A stretch of 64,000 nt of DNA from Verrucomicrobiota bacterium (GCA_039795165.1 JBDKER010000012.1:50057-114056), one strand, 5' to 3'; positions 11,601 to 19,158 are shown, numbered from the stretch's first letter. Translations and numbers: made by a program. Notes: generated from the sequence alone by a model not told the origin.

Positions 11601-13133
11601 GTTGTTGAGGGTGCGGCTGGAGTATCCTGCGGGGACATTCACCTGGAAGCCGACGGCGAAGCTTTCCGTGGCCTTGAGACCGGCGGTGGTGAGGGTCCAG
11701 CGGACAGCTTTGACGGTGGTGGCATCCGCAGGTTCCGTGGTGCTCCATGTGTAGGGAGATCCCGTGGCGTAGGAAATGGTGACGGTGTTGCCGGTTGGGA
11801 CCGTCGTAGCCGCGGCCGAGCCGGGCTGGTACGTTACGCCGGCGGGAATGTCATCTTCGATGGCGAAGGGCACGCCGTAATTGGGATCGCCGATGGTTGA
11901 GGCTCCGGTATTGGTGGCAGTGATGCTGAAGGGAACCGTGGAGTTTGGCGAGACCGACACCGGAGCCGTTTTGTCGAGGGTGAGGGCTGGAGCAGCTGCG
12001 GTCAGGTAGGTACCGCCGGCACCGTAGTCTGCATTGAACTTCTCATTATCGTAGCCGGACGCCACTTCCTGGTAGGGGGAAGTGCTCACGGTGGACCCTG
12101 TCGTGAGCGGCATGAATTCGTAGTACACGAGTCCGATGGCCCCGGTGTTGTTGGAGGGAAGGTTCTCGAAGTAGAGACGGTCCTCGAAGGGCATGAGTCG
12201 CTCCGTGCCGTCGTTGAGCTTGACCACCACGATGCCGTAGCACTTGACGAGGCGGAAGTTGAGAGGGCTGTACTGGCCGGGGTCGCCGACGGGCTGCATC
12301 CATGCGTTTCTGTCCGGAAGGAGGTCGCCATTGTTGTCGAATCCGGCTCCGACGGTGCCGAGGTCGTACCAGATCCCTTCGGTGACAATGGCTCCCGGGA
12401 TGCGGGACGAGCCCGAGGCTGGACGCCAGCCGAGGCTCGACTCGATGGCGGCGAGGTAGGCCGGGGGGACTTTCGAGGTGGTGTTCGGATTGATCTTGTT
12501 CGCCATGGCGGCGATTTCGTTCCGCATGGTCACCTTGGCGGTCACGTTGGTGCTGTGGGTACCGGCACCGGACTGTGCGGAGGCCCAGGCGTCGTAATTG
12601 AGCCAGAGGTCATCGGTGACGACGGGTGCCTGGCCGGTGACGGCGCGGCCGAGCGAATCCTTCTGGGGATACGTCACGAAGAAGTACTGGACCGAGGAAG
12701 CGCCCGGTGGAAGGGAGGCGATGCTGCGGACGGCGTCGATGGCACCGCCCGGCATGACGAGCTGGAAGGTTCCCGCGTAGCCGCCGGAGCCGGAAAGGCT
12801 GACGGTGCGGGAGGGAAAGATGCCGGGGGATCCGGTCGAGGTGCCTGCGTCGTAATCGCCAAGATTGACGACCACGTTGGAGAGGGGGGTGGCACCGGTA
12901 TTGGTGATGCGGACCGCGAGGTGGGCGGCGGCTGGTCCTTTGGTGGAGGGACTTTCCACGTTGGAGTCGACCACGAAGTTGTAAGCCGTGATGATCTCCA
13001 TCTTGAGCGGACCATCGGAGACGGACTGAGCCGATGCGGCCGGAATGGAAGCGGCCGCGAGCGTGGCGACGGCGAGGTTGCGCAGGGAGCGCCATCGTTT
13101 GGGCAGGGAGAAGCAGAGATTCGGGAAGTTCAT
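2676..13133 (-). CDS. Giant (~3485 aa) secreted adhesin-like protein with many SdrD B-like repeats, DUF11-like domains, a GEVED domain and a TIGR02597-like C-terminus
   Basis: Likely start MNFPNL at 13133 followed by signal ...ASIPAASA-Q; the upstream part of the track ORF overlaps the PEP-CTERM gene. Repeats read IGDxVWxDxNGDGxQDxxExGI...ADFGY; FDFGDLP...WIDWNNDGDF...DGEVEDY lies at ~7140-7650. Confidence 0.92.
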   Translation of the reverse strand: MNFPNLCFSLPKRWRSLRNLAVATLAAASIPAASAQSVSDGPLKMEIITAYNFVVDSNVESPSTKGPAAAHLAVRITNTGATPLSNVVVNLGDYDAGTSTGSPGIFPSRTVSLSGSGGYAGTFQLVMPGGAIDAVRSIASLPPGASSVQYFFVTYPQKDSLGRAVTGQAPVVTDDLWLNYDAWASAQSGAGTHSTNVTAKVTMRNEIAAMANKINPNTTSKVPPAYLAAIESSLGWRPASGSSRIPGAIVTEGIWYDLGTVGAGFDNNGDLLPDRNAWMQPVGDPGQYSPLNFRLVKCYGIVVVKLNDGTERLMPFEDRLYFENLPSNNTGAIGLVYYEFMPLTTGSTVSTSPYQEVASGYDNEKFNADYGAGGTYLTAAAPALTLDKTAPVSVSPNSTVPFSITATNTGASTIGDPNYGVPFAIEDDIPAGVTYQPGSAAATTVPTGNTVTISYATGSPYTWSTTEPADATTVKAVRWTLTTAGLKATESFAVGFQVNVPAGYSSRTLNNTAIARYNGVGVLASDSTVSLLTGPNSIGDLVWFDADRNGLPTGETGLANIGVSLYYDANGNGIIDADEPVYATTETNASGIYGFTSLPDGNYIVVVDHLDPQLPQGYVLPGNTAPSKTVALDVTNASGSTGVAYLDADWPFIEALLINKRTDPTTYEQGDLVTYFIDVENHTESVPDLRFPVQTAYATSVYGARTAQNGTLAQGSPDANFARIDFSSSSDQLVADPSSAIWPNPKPPAWTWTFPDKLSNIVKVELVIKGYVQSLLASKLPLTASTFDDTIQVHIDNADTGSPTPDALISAAQLIAMQGSSKELVINMTNLNNGSTFSWAQLEAAKIRLRVAKVVAINNDNAVFWTDAIGIRVTTDAPAPPTGTYGDNTLDPVPLKDVYNPAQFDYVSATPVPSNVVTGTGTVTWDDVGPVNPGTRRTVSITLRAKGPSGTLASEVFSNTASTANAYYADGRRANSAQDIQDVTILQRARIGDLVYWDMNSNGVYDAGEGLANVLVVLDNGAQAYTDANGNYLFEGLSAGTYTVTVDESTLPFSTFTNFQDPNGGGDSTSSVTLATVSGQIQSNLDQDFGYRSTQNAISGSIFMDNNGDGNQDPGENYISGLTVNLYNGSVLVATTTTDANGYYLFPGLSSLNYRVEVIPPGGTVQTFEYGNDGTLDSSLFVNASGTSTLYPNRDFAYQPQGSFALGDTVYLDVDGDSTQDAGEPGIAGVTVSLYEDENGDGLIDPTTDALIATDVTDASGVYGFPNLPAAKYLVLVDPADLPANAEQTQDYDGVADNSAKVEITTASISTVDFGYVTDGTGSIGNKVFVDTSADGIHDAYEVGIPSITVRLYYDSTGDGILDANDVLVAETSTDADGNYLFSGLPPANYLVDVDAADPDMPADYLSTSDDPHSVSLAAAQTYLLADFGFAPSASVGDMVFYDNNGNGTQDWNEPGIGGVNVSLYRDTDGDGIFDPGEPEVASTVTNSSDPSKPVGFYLFSGLPEGQYVVVVRRDSGLSTVLSGLVQTADPDRDGVPYPSTEPAFASLPPSDDADTGITLTPGLTYTGADFGYQPSVVIGDTVWFDLDADGFEDAGESGIANVSLTISNGSTNYQVTTDFDGKWSLANIPDGSWTITVDAANFAPGGPLHYLAPLVPTFDPVGGTTSPTTSATFTVSGGVVQTLDGNADTGAAGLNDDIDFGFALGGDYSLSGTIVTNDGGTLGTADTPATEIELAGFTVYLYDGNNKLLGTTQTDAFGNYSFDGLVNGTYQVLINKDTPALSGATLNTTTANNAAVSSVTESTFAVVQTVAIAGVNVADVDFAFSAGLFDFGDLPASYNLTSIEDNGARHAEPSGGFTTYLGNSPPDTEVNGAESLYATGDGADENGILFNANAWTAGATVTDPGSGSLSATITGSGWLVVWIDWNNDGDFLDSGEMVISQPVADGDSQNLGFSIPPNTLTNDAQSWYSRARLFTSQPPVALLSYSGEAIDGEVEDYYISRNSGDISGTVLADSNNDGTGDAPLAGVTITLYTDAGSGVPGTILATTTTDADGNYSFTGLPSGNYVVVQTPPDGYQLVADGDTTDPADDLANASTTDNRIPVTLTPGESDNGNNFVNVQLASVGDYVWWDVTGDGIQDASEFPISGARVYLDLDDDGTFDVGEPSDLTDSTGAYLIEGVLPGSYKVRITSLPAGATPSYDLDGTATANTASISLTPGQDLATADFGYTGNSSIGDYVWNDANGDGIQDTNELPISGITVFLDLDNDGVKDANEPSDVTDAAGAYSIGNLPPGTYTVTVVKDGAIASATSTGDPDSTKDNKTTVTLGAADTHTTADFGYQGSLSIGDFVWNDTNGDGVQDVGETGISSLYVFIDTDGDGTRDTHEPFAQTDASGAYAITGLLPGTYQVTLDPLTIPAGVTITGDPDATKDGTSEVTLTTASINTVDFGLYQPSGTATIGGHLWEDRNGNGVLDPGEPFLVGVDVFLDIDGDGVFDAGVDVRTTTNADGEYSFGGLTPGTYTVSVDQATLPGGSTQTFDKDGGLVTPNHKIVQTVAGGDIVTDMDFGYRGTGSIGDYIWNDANGDGVQDATELPISGVHVYLDLDGDGNWDSATEPSAISDSNGAYSLGNLLHGTYTVAIDLTTYPDGSSLVTEPDAIMDGEYTVTLDDTTPSISDADFGFQGNSSIGDTVWYDMDGDGTVDPGENLLSGVTVFLDYNNDGDKDANEPSDVTDGSGLYLFEGLIPGTYVVRVSTSSLPAGLTPTYDLDSIASADVATVTLPEATDLATADFGYRGTATVKGRLYLDTNGNGVQDPGEEGLANVDVLVTDANGLVHRVTTDADGNWSAAVPPGSTLAAVDLTDPNLPDGAARTQGDDTTPITAVAGSEVSDVHDGFYVPGGISGKVEVDTTGDGIADEPRAGVTIKLYTDAGGGVPGTLLATTTTAADGSYSFTSLPAGDYVVVQTLPTGYVLVKDGDSTPDTDTVANTDTTDNRIPVTIGEAEVDTGNDFLIRTECPTSWAEWQALNPLGGSNGPTANPDGDRWSNLQEFVYCFDPSSGVDECAIRLVFNPDGTIDACVHTVNGITGVTYSLEYIADLNSSGPNGAGWTDSGITPTYITAPDGSQMACFEDLESIVALSGGKGFVRSVVAVDTDNDPGTPDVIVRSNVEGWMDQTLLVNCESICLPFDSCPVFTGAAGAVSGSNVNVATAIGNAPLATLWEAGKSYYLDILSGPYEGHRIEIDTAASTSATLVTKASPRNTLAALPDIAGASIAVRAYKTLAEQFPPADYSVSDGSTDPDYVLIFENGSWETYYLLDVSGTPTWVNTDTGTADRGDHILDPGAGMFVHRHVSTLTQTQAGSVREAKFARPLATGYSFIPNPWPVAASVADRALVNPSAASATPFNGAASMGLADQVMLWRADTTPGQFSYDARFYLKSGALNYYTQAGSSSLINANDELIFRPLRSQYLNMKSNHSDYVMPVPWTP

Positions 13134-13173
13134 GCCGTGGGAAGTGGGATTGGGAAATGCGTGGGGTGGATCG

Positions 13174-13857
13174 TCAGGCCGAGTGGGTCCGGGTGGTGCG
13201 GCGGCGGCGGGTGGCGGTGGAGATGGCGAAGGCCGTGGGGATGGCGAGGGCGAGGGTTCCCGAGGGTTCGGGGACGCTATGGGTCTGGTAGCCGTAGGTG
13301 CCGCCGGCCACGGGCGTCCATTCGCCGCCCTGAGCATCGGTTTCGTCGCCGATGCCGCCGAAGGGGACGTCGTGGAAATTGGGGATGCTGACGAGGTCCC
13401 AGAAGAGCGGCGCGGTGGTCTGATCCGATCCCGTGGTGTCGGGGAAGAGCCATGTCTCGTTGGTGGCGAGGAGCCATTCCGTGGCGGCGCCGATGGTGGT
13501 GGCATTGCGGACCCACATGTAGGCGGCCTCTCCGGCGGGGACGGTGAGGTTGTTGGTGAGGACGACGGTGCCGGAGAAGTAGGTCGTGGGGGAAACCGTC
13601 CAGCTGGCGAGGTCGACGGGTTTCCATGCAGCGGCCCAGAGGTCGAGATTGGTGCTGGTGGGCTGGAATCCGCCGTCGAACCATCCGAGTTCGACGATGT
13701 AGCTGGAGTCCCAGAGGCTGACGCCGTCGCTGGCGTAGCCCGAGGCTCCGGCTTCCCCTCCCCAGAAGATGGAGATGTCGCCGTAGGTGGTGGTGCAGCT
13801 GGCGAGGGCCAGCAGGAAGGAAGCGGAGTGGCGCGACAGGGCGCGTTTCGGGATCAT
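13174..13857 (-). CDS. PEP-CTERM sorting-signal protein
   Basis: Signal peptide and C-terminal VPEP + hydrophobic stretch + RRRR (VPEPSGTLALAIPTAFAISTATRRRR). Start is 13857 or 13911. Confidence 0.9.
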   Translation of the reverse strand: MIPKRALSRHSASFLLALASCTTTYGDISIFWGGEAGASGYASDGVSLWDSSYIVELGWFDGGFQPTSTNLDLWAAAWKPVDLASWTVSPTTYFSGTVVLTNNLTVPAGEAAYMWVRNATTIGAATEWLLATNETWLFPDTTGSDQTTAPLFWDLVSIPNFHDVPFGGIGDETDAQGGEWTPVAGGTYGYQTHSVPEPSGTLALAIPTAFAISTATRRRRTTRTHSA

Positions 13858-14344
13858 GGCTGTAGTTGAGGAAGTTGGTTGGTGCTGAGGGAATCGCGGG
13901 GCCTGAGCCATGGTTGTGGGGATGAGAAATCATCCGCAGGACCCCGGTTCAGGCGTTATGGCATTTGTTGAGAGGGCCGACCTTTTGCGTTGGGAGCGCT
14001 GGACTAGCAAATTTCTTTTGCTGTCTTTTTAAAAAATACAGCAGTTGTTAGAGATTTTAGTTATCCGCTGGGTATAAGGGGGTATGGTGTGCTGTGCAGG
14101 CTGGAACGCGGCACGCAGCCTGGTTTGGGGCGCGGGCATTCGGCTGCTTCCGCCGGCTGCTGCGGAGCTACCGTCGTGTCTGTGTCCTCTTTAGAGACAG
14201 ATGGTGGGAAATGCTTATGTTAGAATTCTGATAATTAGTGATTTACCATCTATTAGGGATCCTAGTTGGGGGAGGATTCATCTTAGTTTATTTCACCGTT
14301 TGCGGGGACTTGCGTGGCTGGGGGTGGTGGCTGAGCAGTTTTGG

Positions 14345-15526
14345 ATGAACAAAGATGGGAGTCGCAGAGAGGCCGTGGCACGGTCAGTGGGGGCGGTGTC
14401 GCTGCCGCGGAAGAGCCGGGCGGATGTGGCGGAGGAAGCGTTGCGGAAGCTGATTGTGGACGGGCGGTTTCCGGATGTGCTGCCGGGGGTGAGGTTTCTG
14501 GCGGAGGCGCTGGGGGTGGGGGTACCGACGGTGTCGGAGGCGCTGCAGCGGTTGCGGGCGGACGGGTGGATTGAGAGCCGGGGGCAGCGGACGCGGTTTG
14601 TGGTGCGGGGGGAGGTGGTTGCGCGTGGGGTGGCGGCGGAGGCTGCTGGGGATGAGGGGACGCGGCATCTGGTGGTTTTCACGCCGCGGGATCTGGCGGC
14701 GACGCCGCATGAACCCTTCTGGAAACTGGTGACGAGACTTGCCGAGAGGCTGACGCCGCATGGCTGGACGCTGCGGGTGCAGTCTGTGGATTACGGGCAT
14801 GACAAGCGGAACCGGGCGCCGTGGGATGCGGTGCTGCAGGTGGAGCGTCCGCAGGCCCTGATTGTGGCGCGGGGGACGCCGTGGCTGGCGGACTGGTCGC
14901 GCAACTGCGGGGTGCCGACGTTTTTCTTCAGCGGGAACGAGGGAGGGTTTCCGGTTCCGGTGGTGGGTTATGATGGGGGGGAAATCATGCAGAAGGCGAT
15001 CCGGGAGCTGATTCTGCTGGGGCATCGCTCTGTGGCGATGCCGATGCTGGGGAGGCCGCAGTCCTTTGTGCGTGGTTTCCGGCGGGATGCGGAAGCGGTG
15101 TGCCGGGAGATGGGGGTGCGGATCAGCCTGCAGACGCCGCTGGGCGGTCCGTTTTCGCGGGAGGCGATGCTGGCCTGTCTGGAGAAGCTATGGCAGCGGC
15201 CTGCACCGACGGCGCTGATTCTGATTTCGTGGTACGAGTATCTGGCAGCGAGCGGGTGGCTGGCGACCCGGAAGATCAGAGTGCCTCAGGATGTGTCACT
15301 GGTGTCGCTGGTGTCCGATCCCACGTCGTCGTGGATGGTTCCGGAGCCGGCGAGATTTGAGCATGACGAGGATGGGCTGGTGGGAGTCCTTGCTGGCTGG
15401 GTGCTGAAGCCGCCGGCGCTTGTGGGTGGGAAGGCTCCTAAGGTCATGCTGCCCGGCCGGTGGGTGCCGGGGGAATCGGTGGGGCCGGCGGTCAGGCTCG
15501 GGATGGGTGCGGGCGGTTCACCATGA
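14345..15526 (+). CDS. Transcriptional regulator, GntR-type winged HTH plus LacI-like sensor domain
   Basis: LPGVRFLAEALGVGVPTVSEALQRL HTH; LGHRSVA and IRVPQDVSLVS LacI-type motifs. Start uncertain (track 14201). Confidence 0.85.
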   Translation: MNKDGSRREAVARSVGAVSLPRKSRADVAEEALRKLIVDGRFPDVLPGVRFLAEALGVGVPTVSEALQRLRADGWIESRGQRTRFVVRGEVVARGVAAEAAGDEGTRHLVVFTPRDLAATPHEPFWKLVTRLAERLTPHGWTLRVQSVDYGHDKRNRAPWDAVLQVERPQALIVARGTPWLADWSRNCGVPTFFFSGNEGGFPVPVVGYDGGEIMQKAIRELILLGHRSVAMPMLGRPQSFVRGFRRDAEAVCREMGVRISLQTPLGGPFSREAMLACLEKLWQRPAPTALILISWYEYLAASGWLATRKIRVPQDVSLVSLVSDPTSSWMVPEPARFEHDEDGLVGVLAGWVLKPPALVGGKAPKVMLPGRWVPGESVGPAVRLGMGAGGSP

Positions 15527-17080
15527 ATCCGTGCGGAAGGGGGAGGCGGGGAGGCCGGCACGGTTGTAGAGGTTGGCACCGGCTGGGTTGCTGGAGAAGG
15601 CGTAGCGGACGGCCACGGGTGCGGGCACTTGCGGGGACGAGACGGTGACGGTGTGGCCGTCGATGGTGGCGTCGGCCCAGTGCCACTGGCGGTCATTTCC
15701 GGCGATGGCGAAGCGTTCCAGTCTGGCTCCCTTGGTTTCGGTGGCGGGCAGGCGGCCGGATTTAGTGGCGGTGATGAGGCCTGTGTCGGTGTGGTCGAAG
15801 TGGATGCGGGCGGTCTGGCCTTCGATGGTGAGTTGGCGGAAGAGGGGGCCGCTGACGGTGAGGTCCGTTTTCCCGTAGTTTCTGGCGAGGGCCCAGAGGG
15901 CGAGGCGTTCGCCGACATCGGCCTTGTTGGCTGGGTGGATGTCTTCGGCGTCGCCGATGTCGATGGCGCAGGCCATTCCTGTGTGGGGGATTTGGAGGCA
16001 CTGGCGCTGCGCGTCGCGGATGGGGCCCCATTCACCGCCGGCCGGGTCCGGGTTGGGTTTCTGCCATGCGGCGAGCTGGACGAAGTAGAAGGGCATTTCC
16101 GGATTCTGGAACCACGAGCGCCATGCGGTGATCATGGCGGTTTTCTTTTCGGGGTAGAGGCTGGCGTCGGCATTGTTTTCGCCCTGGTACCAGAGGACGC
16201 CGCGGAGGCTCATGGGAATGAGCGGGGCGACGTGGCCATTGTGGAGGGTGGTGCAGCGTGGGCGGTGGGCTTTTTCGCCGAAGGGGAATTCCGGGAAGGA
16301 AGGCGGCAGTGGGATGTGGGTGGCGGCCGACTGGGCGGCGCGGGCCTGATTGATCCACGACTGCATGGGGGCGAGGGCGGCGGCGAGGTCGCGCTGGTAC
16401 TGGGCGAGCGAGTCGCGCATGGTGCGCGCGTAGGGTTCGAGCGATGGAGTATTGAGGAGGGTTTCCTGGGACATCCATAGTTCGATGTTGGTGCCGCCGA
16501 CGGCATTGGTGATGAGGCCGATGGGGACGCCGGTGGCGGACTGGATGCGGCGGGCGAAGTAGAATCCTGCGGCGCTGAAGCTGTGGGCGGTATTGGGGGA
16601 GCAGGTTTGCCATTGGCCGCGGACGTCGTCCTGCGGGGTGCTGGCGAAGTGGTATTCGGTGCGGAAGTGGCGGATGGTCGGGAAGTTGGCGCTGGCGACG
16701 TCTTCCGGTGCCTTGCAGGCTCCGAGGGACCAGTCCATGTTTGACTGTCCGCTGCAGAGCCAGACATCTCCGAGGAGGATGTCCGTGCGGGAGAGGGTTT
16801 CCGTGGGTGAGCTGATGGTGAGGGTGAGGGGCTTGGTGGAGAGCGGCTGGGGTGCGAGCGTGGCGATCCAGCGTCCGTCCGGACCTGCGGTGGCGGTGGA
16901 CGTTTCGGATCCGAGGGAAACCCGGATGGTTTCGCCTTGAGAGGACCATCCCCAGATGCGGAGCGGTTGGTCGCGCTGGAGAACTGCGTGGTCCGTGAAG
17001 AAGCTGGGCAGGCTGAGATCGGCGTGGGAGGTTCCGAGGGCGGCGGCGAGGGCGAGGGCGGCGGTGGCGGGACGTTTCAT
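15518..17080 (-). CDS. Secreted sialate O-acetylesterase family (SASA/SGNH) protein
   Basis: GDVWLCSGQSNM, LWYQGENN, DIHPANK, PVAVRYA, LPASPFRTD motifs; signal peptide from MKRPA. Confidence 0.92.
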   Translation of the reverse strand: MKRPATAALALAAALGTSHADLSLPSFFTDHAVLQRDQPLRIWGWSSQGETIRVSLGSETSTATAGPDGRWIATLAPQPLSTKPLTLTISSPTETLSRTDILLGDVWLCSGQSNMDWSLGACKAPEDVASANFPTIRHFRTEYHFASTPQDDVRGQWQTCSPNTAHSFSAAGFYFARRIQSATGVPIGLITNAVGGTNIELWMSQETLLNTPSLEPYARTMRDSLAQYQRDLAAALAPMQSWINQARAAQSAATHIPLPPSFPEFPFGEKAHRPRCTTLHNGHVAPLIPMSLRGVLWYQGENNADASLYPEKKTAMITAWRSWFQNPEMPFYFVQLAAWQKPNPDPAGGEWGPIRDAQRQCLQIPHTGMACAIDIGDAEDIHPANKADVGERLALWALARNYGKTDLTVSGPLFRQLTIEGQTARIHFDHTDTGLITATKSGRLPATETKGARLERFAIAGNDRQWHWADATIDGHTVTVSSPQVPAPVAVRYAFSSNPAGANLYNRAGLPASPFRTDSW

Positions 17081-17250
17081 GCGTGGGAGCATGCGGCAGA
17101 TGAGGAGTATTCCGCAACTTCCGTCCCGCCATGAAATGCGGTGCGGGCGCCTATGCATTTACGCTGGGGGCGGGTTTCTGCTTCCGGTGGTGCGTAGTGG
17201 ACGGCGGACCGTGATGTGCGGAACCTGATCGCATGCCTGCAACCCGGCTG

Positions 17251-18312
17251 ATGAAGATTTCATGGATGATGTTGGCGGCATTGCTGGCTGGGGCTGGCTG
17301 GGGCCGGGCGCAGATTTTCGGGTATGATGGTTTTGAGGAATATGCGGCCGGTGCTCAGCTTGAGAGTGGCTCCAATGGCTCTGCGGGCACTGGTTTGGGG
17401 GGAGGGTTCGGCTGGTCAGGAGGCTACGATGTGAACAATGCGATCAAGTCGCGCGTGAAGGTCGAAAACCGGTCCAGCAGCCCTGTGGTTTATGAGAACG
17501 TGGGGGTGCGGATCCATGGGGGGGTGCGGGCGCTGCGGTTGTGGGACAATGCGAATGGGACGCCGGTGCTGCTGCGGAGGCTGGGTCGCGAACTACCGGC
17601 GGTGGCCGGTGTCAGTGTGTGGTTCAGCTTTCTGTTCCGGACGAACAATGCCGATCCGCTGGTGGATCAGGACATTCTGCAGGTGGGTTTTGACGGGGAA
17701 GCGATGCCGGTGCCCGGCAATCCCCGGCTCAGCTTGGGAGTGAGCACCATCGGCACGACAGCTCCTCGTCCGTTCCGGTTTTTCGCGGCTGCCGATACTG
17801 GGGCGGCGGTATCTGATGAATCCGCAGGGGTGGCAGCGGTGACGACGTACCTGCTGGTGGGGCGCATCCGGAACAATGGGTCCATTCATAACCGTGTGGA
17901 GCTGTATGTGAACCCGTCGTCGCTGCTGGAGCCGCCTGTGCCTTCCGCGGTTTCCGAAGCCGCCAGCGGGCCAGCCGTTCTGAGTCGGCTGCTGCTGCGG
18001 GCGGCAGATCTTGACGCCAACGATGTTTATGTGCTCGACGAGCTGCGGGTGGGGTTCAGCTATGAGAGCGTCGTCATGGCGGAAGTGCCGGCGCTGCGGC
18101 TGGCGTGGGATGCGGCCGGGGCTCGCGGGGATCTGGTGGGAATGCTGCGCTGGCCGTCGCAGCGGTTTGCGGTGCTGGAAGCAGCGGCGGCTCCTGGTGG
18201 ACCGTGGGAACCGGTTGGGGTGGAGGGGCGCGGACTGTCCGGGGGCGACTGGCTTTTGCCGGTGGCGGTCCGGGGTGATGAACCGCGGCGGTTTTTCCGG
18301 CTCCGCGAATGA
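17251..18312 (+). CDS. Secreted beta-rich protein with short C-terminal ...GPW...FFRL module
   Basis: Signal peptide MKISWMMLAALLAGAGWGRA-Q; YDGFE..GGFGWSG, LYVNP, DELRVG motifs; terminal RRFFRLRE. Confidence 0.75.
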   Translation: MKISWMMLAALLAGAGWGRAQIFGYDGFEEYAAGAQLESGSNGSAGTGLGGGFGWSGGYDVNNAIKSRVKVENRSSSPVVYENVGVRIHGGVRALRLWDNANGTPVLLRRLGRELPAVAGVSVWFSFLFRTNNADPLVDQDILQVGFDGEAMPVPGNPRLSLGVSTIGTTAPRPFRFFAAADTGAAVSDESAGVAAVTTYLLVGRIRNNGSIHNRVELYVNPSSLLEPPVPSAVSEAASGPAVLSRLLLRAADLDANDVYVLDELRVGFSYESVVMAEVPALRLAWDAAGARGDLVGMLRWPSQRFAVLEAAAAPGGPWEPVGVEGRGLSGGDWLLPVAVRGDEPRRFFRLRE

Positions 18313-18393
18313 GGGATGCAATTCCCTTGGCGGCGGGCGGGTTGCAGGTAGTATTTTCCCGTTAGGAATCTCTGATTTTCTGACAAAACCGTC

Positions 18394-19158
18394 ATGTCAC
18401 CCGCCTTGGATTTTCCCGATACGATCTGGACGTGGATTGAGCAGGACAGCCGTTCGCCGGAGTGCTGCGAATGGTTCTGCGAGACGTATCGTCCGGCGGT
18501 ACTGAGCTATCTGCGGCGGCGGCTCCCGGGGCAGGATGCGGAGGATGCCTGTCAGGATTTCTTTGCGACCGCGGTGATCGGCCGTGGATTTCTGGCGCAG
18601 GTCGACCGGACGAAGGGCCGTCTGCGCAGCTATCTAGGGTCGGCTCTGGATCATTTTCTGGTTTCGCGGCACCGGGCGGTAACAGCGGGCAAGCGCGGTG
18701 GCGGGGTGCGGCATGTACCGCTTGATGGGGTGGATGAGGCCGATGGGGTGGATGGATCCGTGGTGCTGACCGATCCCGGGGCCGGGCCGGATGCGGCTTT
18801 TGACCGCGAATGGGCGGTGCATCTGATGAAGCTTGCGGTGGAGGCAGCCCGGCGTGATTTCATCCGCAAGGAGCGCGAGGCCTTGTTTGAGGCGCTGCTG
18901 CCGCTGGTTCCCGAGAAGGGTCCCCGGCAGGCAGACGTGGCCGCGGTTCTGGGAGTCAGTGCTCCGAGCCTGCGGGTGGCGCTCAAAAGGCTCCGTGGCA
19001 GGATCAGCAAGCGTCTCGAAGACGAAGTGCGGCGGACGCTGCGCCATCCGGCCATGTTCGATGAAGAGATCGCGGCCGTGAAGCAGGCCCTCGGGAGCTG
19101 GGAGCCTGTTGAAAAACCGGGCCCGGCAGCGGATCCGGAATCCACGGTCGTTGGATGA
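18394..19158 (+). CDS. ECF-type sigma-70 factor
   Basis: FPDTIW..YRPAVLSYLRRR..DAEDACQDFF..KGRLRSYL..KRGGG..FDREWA..LRVALKRLR pattern of PVC-group ECF sigma factors. Confidence 0.85.
   Translation: MSPALDFPDTIWTWIEQDSRSPECCEWFCETYRPAVLSYLRRRLPGQDAEDACQDFFATAVIGRGFLAQVDRTKGRLRSYLGSALDHFLVSRHRAVTAGKRGGGVRHVPLDGVDEADGVDGSVVLTDPGAGPDAAFDREWAVHLMKLAVEAARRDFIRKEREALFEALLPLVPEKGPRQADVAAVLGVSAPSLRVALKRLRGRISKRLEDEVRRTLRHPAMFDEEIAAVKQALGSWEPVEKPGPAADPESTVVG

Noticed and set aside
13134..13505. Pro/Ser-rich 124-aa N-terminal extension of the giant ORF
   Set aside because: It overlaps the PEP-CTERM gene in another frame, and a proper signal peptide begins at 13133.
14200..14230. TTATGTTAGAA resembling a XerD arm (also TTATGCGCC near 60174 resembling a XerC arm)
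   Set aside because: Neither has the partner arm at 6-bp spacing, so no dif site is called.
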